Assembly: GCA_023703675.1 (NCBI GenBank)
Contig: CP097974.1
Coordinates: 21,288 to 85,287 of the forward strand
DNA length: 64,000 nt
Direction of reading: 5' to 3'
Source of the DNA: SAR86 cluster bacterium
GTDB taxonomy: Bacteria; Pseudomonadota; Gammaproteobacteria; Magnimaribacterales; AG-339-G14
In this document: positions 1 through 9,520 of the stretch, piece after piece
Layout: every line of letters begins with the position of its first letter
Numbering within the stretch: position 1 is the stretch's first letter
Notes under the pieces: model-generated
Databases searched by the model: none
What the model saw: only the letters and a program-made list of their open reading frames with translations
What the model was told of the DNA's origin: nothing
Translations under genes and position numbers: made by a program

Positions 1-455
1 ATATTGTCATCGGTGGTTTGGCAGGAGCGATGCCGCCCTTGCTTGGCTGGGTAGCGGTCATGGGGTCTATTGATATTCTTCCACTTCTTTTAGTAATGAT
101 AATTTTTGTTTGGACACCACCACATTTTTGGGCTTTGGCCATTGATAGAAAGTCAGATTATGAGGAAGCTGGAATACCAATGATGCCGGTCGTCAGAGGA
201 ATCGAATACACTAAAATTCAAATCGTACTTTACTCGTTTTTGCTGCTAGCGGTCTCTTGGCTTCCGTTCGCGACGGGATATTTAGGAACCTTTTATTTAA
301 TTGTTTCATCGTCTTTAGGCGCAGTTTTCATCTACTTCGCATTTGCTTTAAATTTTGACAAAGAAAATAAAAAAGCCATTCCATTTTTCTTTTATTCAAT
401 TTTGTATTTAACGGTATTGTTTATTTCGATGCCTTTGGATAGGATTCTTTTTTAA
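1..455 (+). CDS. ctaB: Protoheme IX farnesyltransferase (heme O synthase), C-terminal part; gene continues past the left window edge
   Basis: The frame stays open from position 3 (IVIGGLAGAMPPLLGW...). It carries the UbiA-family motif PPHFWALA and multiple TM segments. SCO1 follows 2 nt downstream. Confidence 0.85.
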   Translation, partial: IVIGGLAGAMPPLLGWVAVMGSIDILPLLLVMIIFVWTPPHFWALAIDRKSDYEEAGIPMMPVVRGIEYTKIQIVLYSFLLLAVSWLPFATGYLGTFYLIVSSSLGAVFIYFAFALNFDKENKKAIPFFFYSILYLTVLFISMPLDRILF

Positions 456-457
456 TA

Positions 458-1108
458 ATGAGTCAGTCGAATAATATTAAATACACAGTCATTTCCTGTT
501 TAGCCATTATCTCAATGGTAATTGGCTTGTTTGTTTATGACACAGTCACTGAAAAAGAATTGACCGCAGATCAGTATAAGTTATTAAAATTTTATAAGTT
601 AAATACGGAAAGACAGTTGAGCGATTTTGCGTTGGCTACTGGACCTAACGAATTCACCAATAAAAATCTAGAAGGGAAGTGGAGCTTAATTTTTATGGGT
701 TTTGCTTCTTGCCCCGACATGTGCCCCATGACAATGAAACAAATGGCTAAAGCTTCGGAGTTTCTAGAATTAGAAATGCCTGACGCAAAAGAAAAAATTT
801 CTTTCACAATTGTTTCAGTTGATCCTGATCGAGACACTCCAGAAGCTATATTGGAATATGCTCAAGCTTTTGATCCAAACTTTATTGGTGTTTCAGGCGC
901 GATTGATCAAATATACACACTGGCTACTAATTTAACTCTACCATTCGTACCGGTGCTTAATTCGGAATCAATCGACTACGACATGGATCACAGCATGAAT
1001 CTTGCATTAATCAGTCCTGAAGGTAAGTATTTTGGGTTTTTCAAAAGCCCACACAATCCAGAAAATATAGCCAAAGCTTTAAAAAGTCTCATAACGTTCG
1101 CCAAATAG
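458..1108 (+). CDS. SCO1/SenC family copper chaperone / thiol-disulfide oxidoreductase
   Basis: N-terminal TM anchor, CxxxC motif (SCPDMCP) and a downstream conserved His (DMDHS). Positioned after heme O synthase, as in aa3-oxidase assembly clusters. Confidence 0.85.
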   Translation: MSQSNNIKYTVISCLAIISMVIGLFVYDTVTEKELTADQYKLLKFYKLNTERQLSDFALATGPNEFTNKNLEGKWSLIFMGFASCPDMCPMTMKQMAKASEFLELEMPDAKEKISFTIVSVDPDRDTPEAILEYAQAFDPNFIGVSGAIDQIYTLATNLTLPFVPVLNSESIDYDMDHSMNLALISPEGKYFGFFKSPHNPENIAKALKSLITFAK

Positions 1109-1160
1109 TCACCTAATTTTTGTTGAAATTCTGCTCTTAGAAGATATATTAACTCTAATA

Positions 1161-1179
1161 GTTGAGATTAATTCTCAAC
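1161..1179. promoter_or_regulatory. 7-bp inverted repeat GTTGAGA-N5-TCTCAAC between SCO1 and the membrane-protein pair (weak terminator or operator)
   Basis: Read directly: gttgagattaattctcaac, followed by an AT-rich tract. Confidence 0.3.
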
Positions 1180-1211
1180 ATAATTTTTATTCATATATTA
1201 GGAGAGATGTT

Positions 1212-1622
1212 ATGAATTTAGAAAATATCGTTATGGCTTTCCAAGCTGGCAGAATGGTAGATGGATTGGCATTTATTGGGTCAATCCTCGCTATTTGGTT
1301 AGCTTTGAGAATAGCTAATATGACTGGAGAAAATCCAGATTCAAATATAGTTGCTAAAATTGTTTCAACAGGTTTTGGGGCTTGTGTAGTATTAGGAAGT
1401 TGGCAAGCATATACATTTGCGCAAAATACTTTTATTAACGCTGCTGCAAGAATAGAGATGTTCGGTGTGGATAACACTCCTGCTCCAGAAAGAACTCAAG
1501 GTTTTCTTGATTTCGTCGGAACAACTGAAGTCGCTGCAACGCCTACACCTTTGGGAATAGCTTTTTTAGCTATTGTATCGTTAATGATTGTCACCTTAAT
1601 CTGGGTGCCAAGAAATAACTAG
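1212..1622 (+). CDS. Hypothetical 3-TM membrane protein (paralog A)
   Basis: Strong SD (aggagag) 6 nt upstream of ATG and three hydrophobic segments. Clear similarity to the next ORF (FIGsIlaiWlalR ... CVV ... PLGIaF). Confidence 0.6.
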   Translation: MNLENIVMAFQAGRMVDGLAFIGSILAIWLALRIANMTGENPDSNIVAKIVSTGFGACVVLGSWQAYTFAQNTFINAAARIEMFGVDNTPAPERTQGFLDFVGTTEVAATPTPLGIAFLAIVSLMIVTLIWVPRNN

Positions 1623-1631
1623 GAGCGAAAG

Positions 1632-2066
1632 ATGGAAACTTCACAAATAGCTTTATTAAACGAGACCTACATTGCAGTCTTGCAAATGAATGGACTCTTT
1701 TTTATTGGAAATATTATTTTGCTTTGGATGATGTTTAGGGGAGTTACAAACGCAAACCTTTATGGAGCGAATACTTTTGGAAAAGTTTTGCACTCTATAA
1801 TTTCTTTGTGCGTTGTAGCTTTTAATGCAAATACTTATGGAATGATCACTTCAACTGTTAATAACTGGGCTTATGCTGCTTCTGAAACTGGAGAAGAGCT
1901 TACCGGTGGAATGCAACAGTTTGTTGATGGAATGGGAGCAACTGGTTACATAGGTGCTTCTTTAATTCCTTCCGATCCGTTGGGAATTATATTTTACGTT
2001 GCAATTCTTGTAGGTTTATTAGGCGGTATGTGGATGGCGCCAGGACCTAAGGAAGAAACAGCTTAA
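1632..2066 (+). CDS. Hypothetical 3-TM membrane protein (paralog B)
   Basis: SD aggagcg upstream of ATG, 9-nt gap to paralog A, same topology and shared motifs. Met-rich C-terminal part (GGMQQFVDGMG, GGMWMAPG). Confidence 0.6.
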   Translation: METSQIALLNETYIAVLQMNGLFFIGNIILLWMMFRGVTNANLYGANTFGKVLHSIISLCVVAFNANTYGMITSTVNNWAYAASETGEELTGGMQQFVDGMGATGYIGASLIPSDPLGIIFYVAILVGLLGGMWMAPGPKEETA

Positions 2067-2078
2067 AAAAAGTAAACT

Positions 2079-2110
2079 AAAAAAAAGGAGGCTTAAGCCT
2101 CCTTTTTTTT
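2079..2110. terminator. Bidirectional rho-independent terminator between convergent genes
   Basis: aaaaaaaaGGAGGCTTAAGCCTCCtttttttt: GC-rich perfect hairpin flanked by an A-tract and a T-tract. Confidence 0.75.
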
Positions 2111-2150
2111 ATTAAACTCTCTCACTCTTCTTTTTCAATTCTCACTAGTT

Positions 2151-3122
2151 TCAAATTTCTATAACTACTTTTCCTGTAGCGGTTCTATTTTCAAGCGACT
2201 CGATGGCTTCGACAGCCTCGTCTAAAGAATAACTTTTGGTGATTTCAGGTTTTATCTTGCCTTCTGCATGTAAGGCAAAAAGCTCTTCAAAATTCTTAGT
2301 ATTTTCTTCAGGCTCTCTGCCGGTAAAGCTTCCCCAAAAAACACCAACGATAGAACACCCTTTAAGAAGTGCAAGATTTGTCGGAACTTTCGGAATTCCG
2401 GCTGGAAAACCAATCACTAAAACTCTTCCTCCCCAATTTACACATCGCATGCATTGTAAAAAGATATCTCCTCCTACAGCATCGTAAATAACGTCTGCTC
2501 CCAGTCCCTCAGTAAGAGCTTTTACTTTTTCTTTTAATTCACCATCGCCGTAGTTCACAACTTCATCAGCTCCTAATCTTTTTGCAATGTCTAATTTTTC
2601 TTGATTGCTTGCAGCAGCTATAACTCTTGCGCCCATTGCCTTGCCAATTTCTATTGCCGTTGTTCCAACTCCTCCTCCAGCGCCAGTTACTAAGAGTGTC
2701 TCACCTTCTTTTAATTGACCTCTTTGTTTTAATGCATAGTAAGTTGTTCCATAATTAAGTGGGAAAGCTGCTCCATCTTTAAAATCCATGGTTTCAGGCA
2801 ATTTCATTAAAGTTCCAGCGAAAGCAGAAACTTTTTCCGCTATTCCACCATTTCCTATCATTGCAATGACTCTGTCACCAACTTTCCAATCGGCTACTCC
2901 ATCACCAACGTCTGAAATCATTCCAGCAACTTCTCCTCCTGGAGAAAAAGGAAAAGGGGGTTGAAATTGATATTTACCTTGAATAATCAAAACATCAGGA
3001 AAGCTCACTCCGGCTGCTTTTACATCAATGATAACCATTCCAGGCTCTGCTCTTGGATCTTCTATTTCTTCAACTTTATGAGAGTTAACGGGTCCAAACT
3101 CTCTACACACAAATGCTTTCAT
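2151..3122 (-). CDS. NADPH:quinone oxidoreductase / zinc-type alcohol dehydrogenase superfamily (MDR) protein
   Basis: GroES-like N-terminal domain plus Rossmann motif TGAGGGVGTTAIEIGKAMGARVIA; 323 aa, typical Qor length. Confidence 0.85.
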   Translation of the reverse strand: MKAFVCREFGPVNSHKVEEIEDPRAEPGMVIIDVKAAGVSFPDVLIIQGKYQFQPPFPFSPGGEVAGMISDVGDGVADWKVGDRVIAMIGNGGIAEKVSAFAGTLMKLPETMDFKDGAAFPLNYGTTYYALKQRGQLKEGETLLVTGAGGGVGTTAIEIGKAMGARVIAAASNQEKLDIAKRLGADEVVNYGDGELKEKVKALTEGLGADVIYDAVGGDIFLQCMRCVNWGGRVLVIGFPAGIPKVPTNLALLKGCSIVGVFWGSFTGREPEENTKNFEELFALHAEGKIKPEITKSYSLDEAVEAIESLENRTATGKVVIEI

Positions 3123-3134
3123 AACTCTCCTTGA

Positions 3135-4688
3135 TTAATTTAATGCATTTAAATAGTTTTTTAAAAAATCTGCAAATGGAATTTCTTCTTCTTGCTCTAT
3201 TTGATTAAATTTTTCTATAGAGCTTTTTGCTTCTTCATCTAGATAAGCAAGCTCATTATGAAGTTTTGAAAAATAGTTTTTATGCTGTTCAAAAAGCTCC
3301 ATATTAAATTCAGTCCACGTGCTGTTATTTTCTTTGATAGATTTTAAAATCTTTCCTGAGGGAGTGAGGCTAGAATCTTTCAATTTAGCCTTTTGAAGGT
3401 CGAGAGTATTTTGCAACTTTAATTTCAACTCACTGGGATCTTCAGAAAGAGCGTCTATAAATTTTTCCATTTTAATAAAAACATTCTCTGCTGCTAAGCC
3501 AATAGGAATTGCCTTTCCATTTTGAATAATTTTTAAATCTGGATTTCTTCCGTCTTTGACTACATTTTGCCAATTGGTTTGAATCTCGATGACTTCGTCT
3601 TTTTCAGTAACTTTATTTTCGTCGATAAAACAAATCATTAGATACATTTCTAAGAAATGGCTCGTCTCATGAGAAAGACTTAAAGGTTCAAAAGGGTCAT
3701 TGTCCATACACCTCACTTCGACGTATTCAATGCCTTTTTCTTTTAATACATTAATTGGTCTTTCTCCAGAGCCAATCACACGTTTTGGTCTGATGGAGCT
3801 GTAGTACTCGTTTTCAATTTGAATGATGGAGTCATTGATTTGAATAAAATCGCCATCTTTTTTAGTTCCTATTTCTGCATACCTTGGAAATTTTTTAGTA
3901 AGCGCAAACATTAAATTTTCTACATACTCGTCTAAATTATTGTAGGCAATGTAAAGATTGTCTTGAGCATTAGACATATATCCAAGTTCACTCATTCTAA
4001 GACAGGTTGCAAATTCTAAAAAACAATCTTCATCGTTTAGATCTTTTAGAAAATTCTCTCTTCCAGAGATAAACGATTTGGGAACAATTGGACTGGCACC
4101 AAAGAGGTATAACAACAGCCAAGCATTTCTTCTAAAATTTCTTACCAAACTCAAATAGGATTCATTTTTGAATTCTTGAAGTGATAAATTTTCTGGCTTT
4201 AACTTCGAAAAAAAATCATCATTCAAAGAGAAGTTGTAATGAATTCCAGACACGCATTGCATCATGCTTCCATATCTTTCACTGAGACCTTTTCTGTACA
4301 GGTTTTTTAATCTTCCGGAATTATTAGATCCGTACTCGGCGATCCTGATGTTTTTTTCATCACTGATTGTACAGGGTACGCTACTTGGCCAAATAGTGTC
4401 TTCACAATTCAAATAAACAAAATTAAGTATTTCTTCCAACTGTTTGAGTGAAGAATTTATTGTACTTTTTTTGTTAGTAATTAATTCAAGTAGCGCTTCA
4501 GAAAAATCAGTGGTAATGAATTGATTGGTTAGAGTTGATCCCAAAGAAGCAGGATGATCAGTAGTGGAAATTGTTTTATTTGAAACTCTAAGCGATTCTT
4601 TTTCAATACCTCTAAATGAATGCTTTGAAAAATCTTCAAGGTTTAAGTCTTTTAATAAGTCTAATGTCTCGTCAAAAGATTCAGACAT
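3135..4688 (-). CDS. gshA: Glutamate--cysteine ligase
   Basis: 517 aa and collinear with enterobacterial GshA. Shared stretches: RGIEKESLRV, TTDFSEALLE, SGIHYNFS, YLFGASP, IQIENEYYSSIRPKR, GIEYVEVRCMD. Confidence 0.9.
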   Translation of the reverse strand: MSESFDETLDLLKDLNLEDFSKHSFRGIEKESLRVSNKTISTTDHPASLGSTLTNQFITTDFSEALLELITNKKSTINSSLKQLEEILNFVYLNCEDTIWPSSVPCTISDEKNIRIAEYGSNNSGRLKNLYRKGLSERYGSMMQCVSGIHYNFSLNDDFFSKLKPENLSLQEFKNESYLSLVRNFRRNAWLLLYLFGASPIVPKSFISGRENFLKDLNDEDCFLEFATCLRMSELGYMSNAQDNLYIAYNNLDEYVENLMFALTKKFPRYAEIGTKKDGDFIQINDSIIQIENEYYSSIRPKRVIGSGERPINVLKEKGIEYVEVRCMDNDPFEPLSLSHETSHFLEMYLMICFIDENKVTEKDEVIEIQTNWQNVVKDGRNPDLKIIQNGKAIPIGLAAENVFIKMEKFIDALSEDPSELKLKLQNTLDLQKAKLKDSSLTPSGKILKSIKENNSTWTEFNMELFEQHKNYFSKLHNELAYLDEEAKSSIEKFNQIEQEEEIPFADFLKNYLNALN

Positions 4689-4699
4689 AATTTAGGAGT

Positions 4700-6223
4700 T
4701 TATAAAATTGGACCAGAATTTCTTATCTCTTCTGAAACTTCAAATTTTGAAATGTTTTCGTTGAACTTAGTTGCCAACTCCTCAGCAGCTTGATTGTACT
4801 GATCTGAATTTGACCATGTTTTTTGTGGATTTAATAGATTGGTTTCAACTCCGGGTAATTCAGTAGGAATCTCGACATTCATGATGTCGAGTTTATCTCT
4901 TGAGCTGTTTTCAATATCACCAGATTGAATAGCTTTTATAATGCTTCGAGTGGTAGGAATTTTAAATCTGGAGCCAGTTCCGTATGAACCACCAGTCCAA
5001 CCAGAGTTCACAATGTAAACTTTGCTTCCAAAACCTTCAATTCTTTTCATTAGGAGGTCTGCATAGACCTGAGCTTTTCTTGGAAAGAAAGGAGCGCCGT
5101 AGCAATTTGAAAAAGTTGAATCAATCGCTGAAGTAGAGCCTAATTCAGTAGAGCCGACTTTTGCGGTGTAGCCACTTAGGAAATGATATGCGGCTTGTTC
5201 TTTCGAGAGAATTGAAACTGGCGGCATTACTCCAGTCAAATCACAAGTTAGGAAAATAATTGCATTCGGCTCTCCGCCATAATTCTTTTCTAGATGCTGG
5301 TCTACATGACTTAAAGGATAGACACATCTTCCGTTTTCGGTGAGAGACGTATCTGTGTAATCTACTTGAAGTGAAGTGGGGTTAAAAACAACATTTTCGA
5401 TAATAGAACCGTGCTTAATAGCGTTCCAAATAACGGGTTCATTCTTTTCTGAAAGATCAATCGTTTTCGCATAACAACCGCCCTCAATATTGAAAACAAT
5501 GCCATCTCCCCAACCATGCTCATCGTCTCCTATTAACCATCGATCTGGATCTGCAGAGAGAGTTGTTTTCCCTGTCCCGGACAAACCAAAGAATAAAGAA
5601 ACATCACCATCCTTACCGGCATTAGCAGCACAGTGCATCGATAAAACGTCTTCTTCAGGCATTATAAAATTCATTATTCCAAACATAGATTTTTTCATTT
5701 CCCCAGCGTAGGCAATACCTAAAATTAATATTTGATGAGTGGTGAAATTTACCATCACCGTTCCATCGGAATTTGTGCCGTGTCTTTTGGGGTCGCATGT
5801 AAATCCTGGAGCACATCTTAATTGCCAAGGAGTTTTATTCTTAGGATTGAAAGATGGTGGTCTAATGAAAAGACTTTGACAAAACATGTTGTGCCAAGCC
5901 AATTCATTTTCGACTCTCACCGGTTGATAATGTTCTTCACTAGCTCCAACATGCAGGTCTGCTGTATAAACTGTTTTGTTTTTTAAATATTCTTCAGACT
6001 CGTCCCAAAGTTTTTCAAAAGTTTCCCTTTCGGTAGGCTGGTTGTTTTCCCCCCAATCGACTACGTGTTGCGTTTTTTCATCATTTACCAGAAACCTGTC
6101 AGCGGGACTTCTACCTGTTCTCTTGCCAGTAGTAACAACTAAAGCACCGTTATCAACAATGGTGCCTTCGCCGTTTTTAATAGCGATGTCTAGCAGAGAG
6201 TCTAGAGGTAAATTATGATTCAT
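4700..6223 (-). CDS. pckA: Phosphoenolpyruvate carboxykinase (ATP)
   Basis: Kinase-1a motif FFGLSGTGKTTLSADP, then LIGDDEHGW and a GGSYGTG region; 507 aa. Confidence 0.95.
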   Translation of the reverse strand: MNHNLPLDSLLDIAIKNGEGTIVDNGALVVTTGKRTGRSPADRFLVNDEKTQHVVDWGENNQPTERETFEKLWDESEEYLKNKTVYTADLHVGASEEHYQPVRVENELAWHNMFCQSLFIRPPSFNPKNKTPWQLRCAPGFTCDPKRHGTNSDGTVMVNFTTHQILILGIAYAGEMKKSMFGIMNFIMPEEDVLSMHCAANAGKDGDVSLFFGLSGTGKTTLSADPDRWLIGDDEHGWGDGIVFNIEGGCYAKTIDLSEKNEPVIWNAIKHGSIIENVVFNPTSLQVDYTDTSLTENGRCVYPLSHVDQHLEKNYGGEPNAIIFLTCDLTGVMPPVSILSKEQAAYHFLSGYTAKVGSTELGSTSAIDSTFSNCYGAPFFPRKAQVYADLLMKRIEGFGSKVYIVNSGWTGGSYGTGSRFKIPTTRSIIKAIQSGDIENSSRDKLDIMNVEIPTELPGVETNLLNPQKTWSNSDQYNQAAEELATKFNENISKFEVSEEIRNSGPIL

Positions 6224-6333
6224 ATTTCTCCCTTAAATCAAAATCGGGCCGATCTCAAAGGTCATTTATTATGCCAAATTTAGATGTCATATCATACTCA
6301 TAAATTGTAATATTTAAATCTCGGGAGTAATTT

Positions 6334-7275
6334 ATGAATGAAGATATAACTTTTAAAAAAGGAGAGTTTGGTTACGTAGAATATAAGTCATCGAACCCTT
6401 TTGAATTTCACCAAATCATAAACGATTTTGACAAGGCGCCCATTCAAGATCTTCAAGGGTGGTTATTATTTCCGGAAAAGTTTAGCGGCAAATTGTCTTG
6501 TATGGTATGTGTCCACCACAGTGGCGGCTGGGGCGGCGCTCAACATGAGTTTATGGTGCAATTATTGGAAGCTGGATATGCCGTTTTTAAAGTCGATAGT
6601 TTTGACGCTAGAGGAGTAACAAATACCGCTGAAGATCAAATTTCCGTTACCTACGCGATGTTGATGGCTGATGCTTACGAGGCTTTGAAATTTTTATCAA
6701 AACATCCGGACATTGATAATAAGAAAATTGGTATTACTGGTTGGAGTCTGGGTGGCACTTCTTCGCTTTATGCAGCTTGGCTGCCGCTTGCAGAGAAATT
6801 AGCTCCCAACGGCGAAAGATTTGCTTCGCATCTGAGTTATTACCCACTAGCAATGTATTGGCCCGAGGATATGCGTTGGTCAAAAGCACCCATGCTAAAT
6901 CTTTTAGGCGGCAAGGATGATTACACTCCGTTTTCACTGACCCAAAGATTAACTAAAGGAATATCTGACAGTGGAGGAAATTGTGAAGACATTCTTTACG
7001 AAGAAGGTTTGCATGGATTTGACGCAGTCCAACCAAAGACTTATTGGCCGGATTCTATAGCTCCCAATACAGAAAAATTTGCCAGAATAGATCTCAAGGG
7101 AGATATTTCTTTTGAAACGGATGATGGAGAAATATTGGCCGGAAATACGGTAGAAGATCGAATTAAACTTTTTGAAAAAGTCGCTAAGTTGGGTACCTGG
7201 ACTGGAGGTAATTGGGAAATACGTAGAAGAGCAAAAAAAGATGCTTTTAAATTTATTTCAAAGATATTCGATTAA
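6334..7275 (+). CDS. Alpha/beta hydrolase, dienelactone hydrolase-like
   Basis: Nucleophile elbow GITGWSLGG, later GGKDDYTP and GLHGFD (candidate Asp/His of the triad). Confidence 0.65.
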   Translation: MNEDITFKKGEFGYVEYKSSNPFEFHQIINDFDKAPIQDLQGWLLFPEKFSGKLSCMVCVHHSGGWGGAQHEFMVQLLEAGYAVFKVDSFDARGVTNTAEDQISVTYAMLMADAYEALKFLSKHPDIDNKKIGITGWSLGGTSSLYAAWLPLAEKLAPNGERFASHLSYYPLAMYWPEDMRWSKAPMLNLLGGKDDYTPFSLTQRLTKGISDSGGNCEDILYEEGLHGFDAVQPKTYWPDSIAPNTEKFARIDLKGDISFETDDGEILAGNTVEDRIKLFEKVAKLGTWTGGNWEIRRRAKKDAFKFISKIFD

Positions 7276-7658
7276 AAAATGAATTCTCTTCGGGTATATC
7301 GCCAATAAGCAATAGCAAAGACGATAAATTCATTTATAAAAATTGCCGCTGAAGTTCCATCAAAACTGGCATCTAATCCAAAACTTAAAAGTCTGCCAAT
7401 TAAAAAACTACCCATTAGAACAGTAAAAGTTAAATAAACCTTTTTTTGAAGGGTTGGTCTCATTAGACTTATAAAAGACATAAGGCCAAGAATCGTAAAA
7501 AAAGCGTAAAGAGCCCGGGTTTCGTTGAGATAAAGATTTGATTCCGAATAAGCTGTTACCCCAAGCATTCCGGCGATAATATCAGGAAAAAAAAGACCCA
7601 ATACCCCAAATCCAAACCATTCAAGGCCGAAAAGTGTGAGAAAAATTTTATCCAACAT
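7272..7658 (-). CDS. Small 4-TM membrane protein (DUF4345-like)
   Basis: 128 aa with four hydrophobic helices. The family assignment is from memory of DUF4345 topology only. Confidence 0.4.
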   Translation of the reverse strand: MLDKIFLTLFGLEWFGFGVLGLFFPDIIAGMLGVTAYSESNLYLNETRALYAFFTILGLMSFISLMRPTLQKKVYLTFTVLMGSFLIGRLLSFGLDASFDGTSAAIFINEFIVFAIAYWRYTRREFIF

Positions 7659-7721
7659 AAGTTCAGTAAAATTTTAATATATCATTAAATATATATTTGT
7701 TTGTAAACTATTAAAATCAAA

Positions 7722-8579
7722 ATGCCAGAACTCAAGTTGTATCACGCTCATTGGTCATTATGTAGCCAAATGGTAAGAGTGGCCCTCTATGAAAAGGGTC
7801 TAAGTTTTAAAAGCGAACGCATAAAATTATGTGACCATAGCGATGAAGCCGGAAATCTGACCAATGACTTTTTAAAAAATGTGAACCCCACTGGAGTTGT
7901 TCCAGTTTTAAAGTGGGACGAAGAAATCATTCGAGACAGCGCATACATTATCGAAAGAATTGATGAATTAAATGGAACCAACGATATTAATCTTTGGCCA
8001 AAAGATCCGGAAAAAAGAAAGGAATTAAAAAACTGGGTGCAAGATACCACTGTCACTGAAGGTGTGGCGTTGGGGAAAAGTTTGGGAACTATAATTCCTT
8101 TATTTTCCTTTGGATTGATCGAGGATTTAATTAAAAATTTAAAATTTAGTTCGATATTAAGAATTTTAATTAAGCATCCCCGACGCGAGCGTAAGAGCGC
8201 ATTTATAATGATGTATTTTTCTTCGCTTAAAAAAAGGATTGGGCCAATGGTTTATAAGGGATTCTCTAAAGAAATAGTGAATTTAGAAAAAAATCTCAGT
8301 CCAGATAGTTTTTTGTTAGGAGAGTTTAGTCACGCAGATATCAATTTAATGAGTTGTTTTCATAGATTAGAAGAAATGAAGTTAGGTCAAATTCTTCAGA
8401 TGCCAGAATTACCGAAAGTTTCAGATTACTGGCAAAAACTAAAGTCCAGAGAAAGTTATCAAAAAGGAATTTTAGATTATCCGGATCATGAAGAAATGCT
8501 AAATAAAATTTTCCAGAATGGACCCAATCCGCATCTAGAGCCTTTGAAGGAAAAAATTAGATCATTAATAAATCTTTAA
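7722..8579 (+). CDS. Glutathione S-transferase family protein (GDAP1-like long form)
   Basis: Thioredoxin-like GST N-domain (LYHAHWSLCSQMVRVALYEKGL ... VVPVL ... DSAYIIERI) followed by a helical C-domain. Confidence 0.6.
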   Translation: MPELKLYHAHWSLCSQMVRVALYEKGLSFKSERIKLCDHSDEAGNLTNDFLKNVNPTGVVPVLKWDEEIIRDSAYIIERIDELNGTNDINLWPKDPEKRKELKNWVQDTTVTEGVALGKSLGTIIPLFSFGLIEDLIKNLKFSSILRILIKHPRRERKSAFIMMYFSSLKKRIGPMVYKGFSKEIVNLEKNLSPDSFLLGEFSHADINLMSCFHRLEEMKLGQILQMPELPKVSDYWQKLKSRESYQKGILDYPDHEEMLNKIFQNGPNPHLEPLKEKIRSLINL

Positions 8580-8677
8580 ATTTTTCTTAGATTTCACTAT
8601 TCTTGCGTCGACTAACTTGATCGCAATCTTTTTTGGAGAGATACTAAATATTCATTAAATTTTAACGGAGAGTAAAA

Positions 8678-9487
8678 ATGAAAAATAAGTTATACATACT
8701 AACTTTGATCGCAACTCTAGCCATTTTTTCTGCATGCAGTTCTGAACCAGAAATGACCTACGCAGATCTTGGATCCGAAGAATATCCCCAGAAATTTTAT
8801 ATGGAATATGTTCCATGCACCTACGGCGAAAATTGGTCAGTAGAAAATTTTAACAGCGATATGCTTCCCGAGTGGCAAGACTTGTTGGTTGAAACTAATT
8901 CAACTTTAGTGGCGGCTTACGGAATTACCTTTGAAGGGGAAAAACCCGAAGATGCTCCTGGAGATGGTTTTTGGCAATTGGTTTGGAATTCAAAAGCCGA
9001 TGCTGAAGCTGGTTGGGAAACCTGGGAAAGTTATGACAAAACAGCCGAGTGGGCAGATTCTAACGCAGACATCTTAGCTTGTGGTTCGAAAGCAGATACT
9101 TTCTCTTTTGATGCTTATGTCAGAAGAGATGGAAATTCTTTAGGAACTTTTGATCCTACTGCCTTTTCTTCAGACTACCAACAATGCCTTTACAATGAAG
9201 GCCAAGGTGCAGAAGAGCTAATTGCTGTGATTGATCAATTTGAAGAATGGATAGAAGCTAGCGATAGTTCTATTTATGCTCCATACGGTTACGTTGTATT
9301 AGCGCCGGATTACGAGGACGAGGAAGTCGACTTATTCTGGGGTAATTTTAATCAAAACGCTGAATTAAGAGAGGCTGGAAACTCTTATTTTGCTGAGACT
9401 GGATCCGATATACAAGAAGCTTTCAATGAAGTGTTATCTTGCGAAGAGCCAGTGGATTACAATTCTGGAATAATTCCTTTAACGTAA
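8678..9487 (+). CDS. Acidic lipoprotein of unknown function with internal duplication
   Basis: Signal peptide with lipobox (IFSAC). The two halves share a pattern: FWQLVWNSKADAEAGWETW versus LFWGNFNQNAELREAGNSYF. Confidence 0.6.
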   Translation: MKNKLYILTLIATLAIFSACSSEPEMTYADLGSEEYPQKFYMEYVPCTYGENWSVENFNSDMLPEWQDLLVETNSTLVAAYGITFEGEKPEDAPGDGFWQLVWNSKADAEAGWETWESYDKTAEWADSNADILACGSKADTFSFDAYVRRDGNSLGTFDPTAFSSDYQQCLYNEGQGAEELIAVIDQFEEWIEASDSSIYAPYGYVVLAPDYEDEEVDLFWGNFNQNAELREAGNSYFAETGSDIQEAFNEVLSCEEPVDYNSGIIPLT

Positions 9488-9496
9488 AAAAATTTA

Positions 9497-9520
9497 AAAG
9501 GCTGCTTCGGCAGCCTTTTT
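9497..9520. terminator. Bidirectional rho-independent terminator
   Basis: aaaaGGCTGCttcgGCAGCCtttttt between the convergent lipoprotein and HupE genes. Confidence 0.75.
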
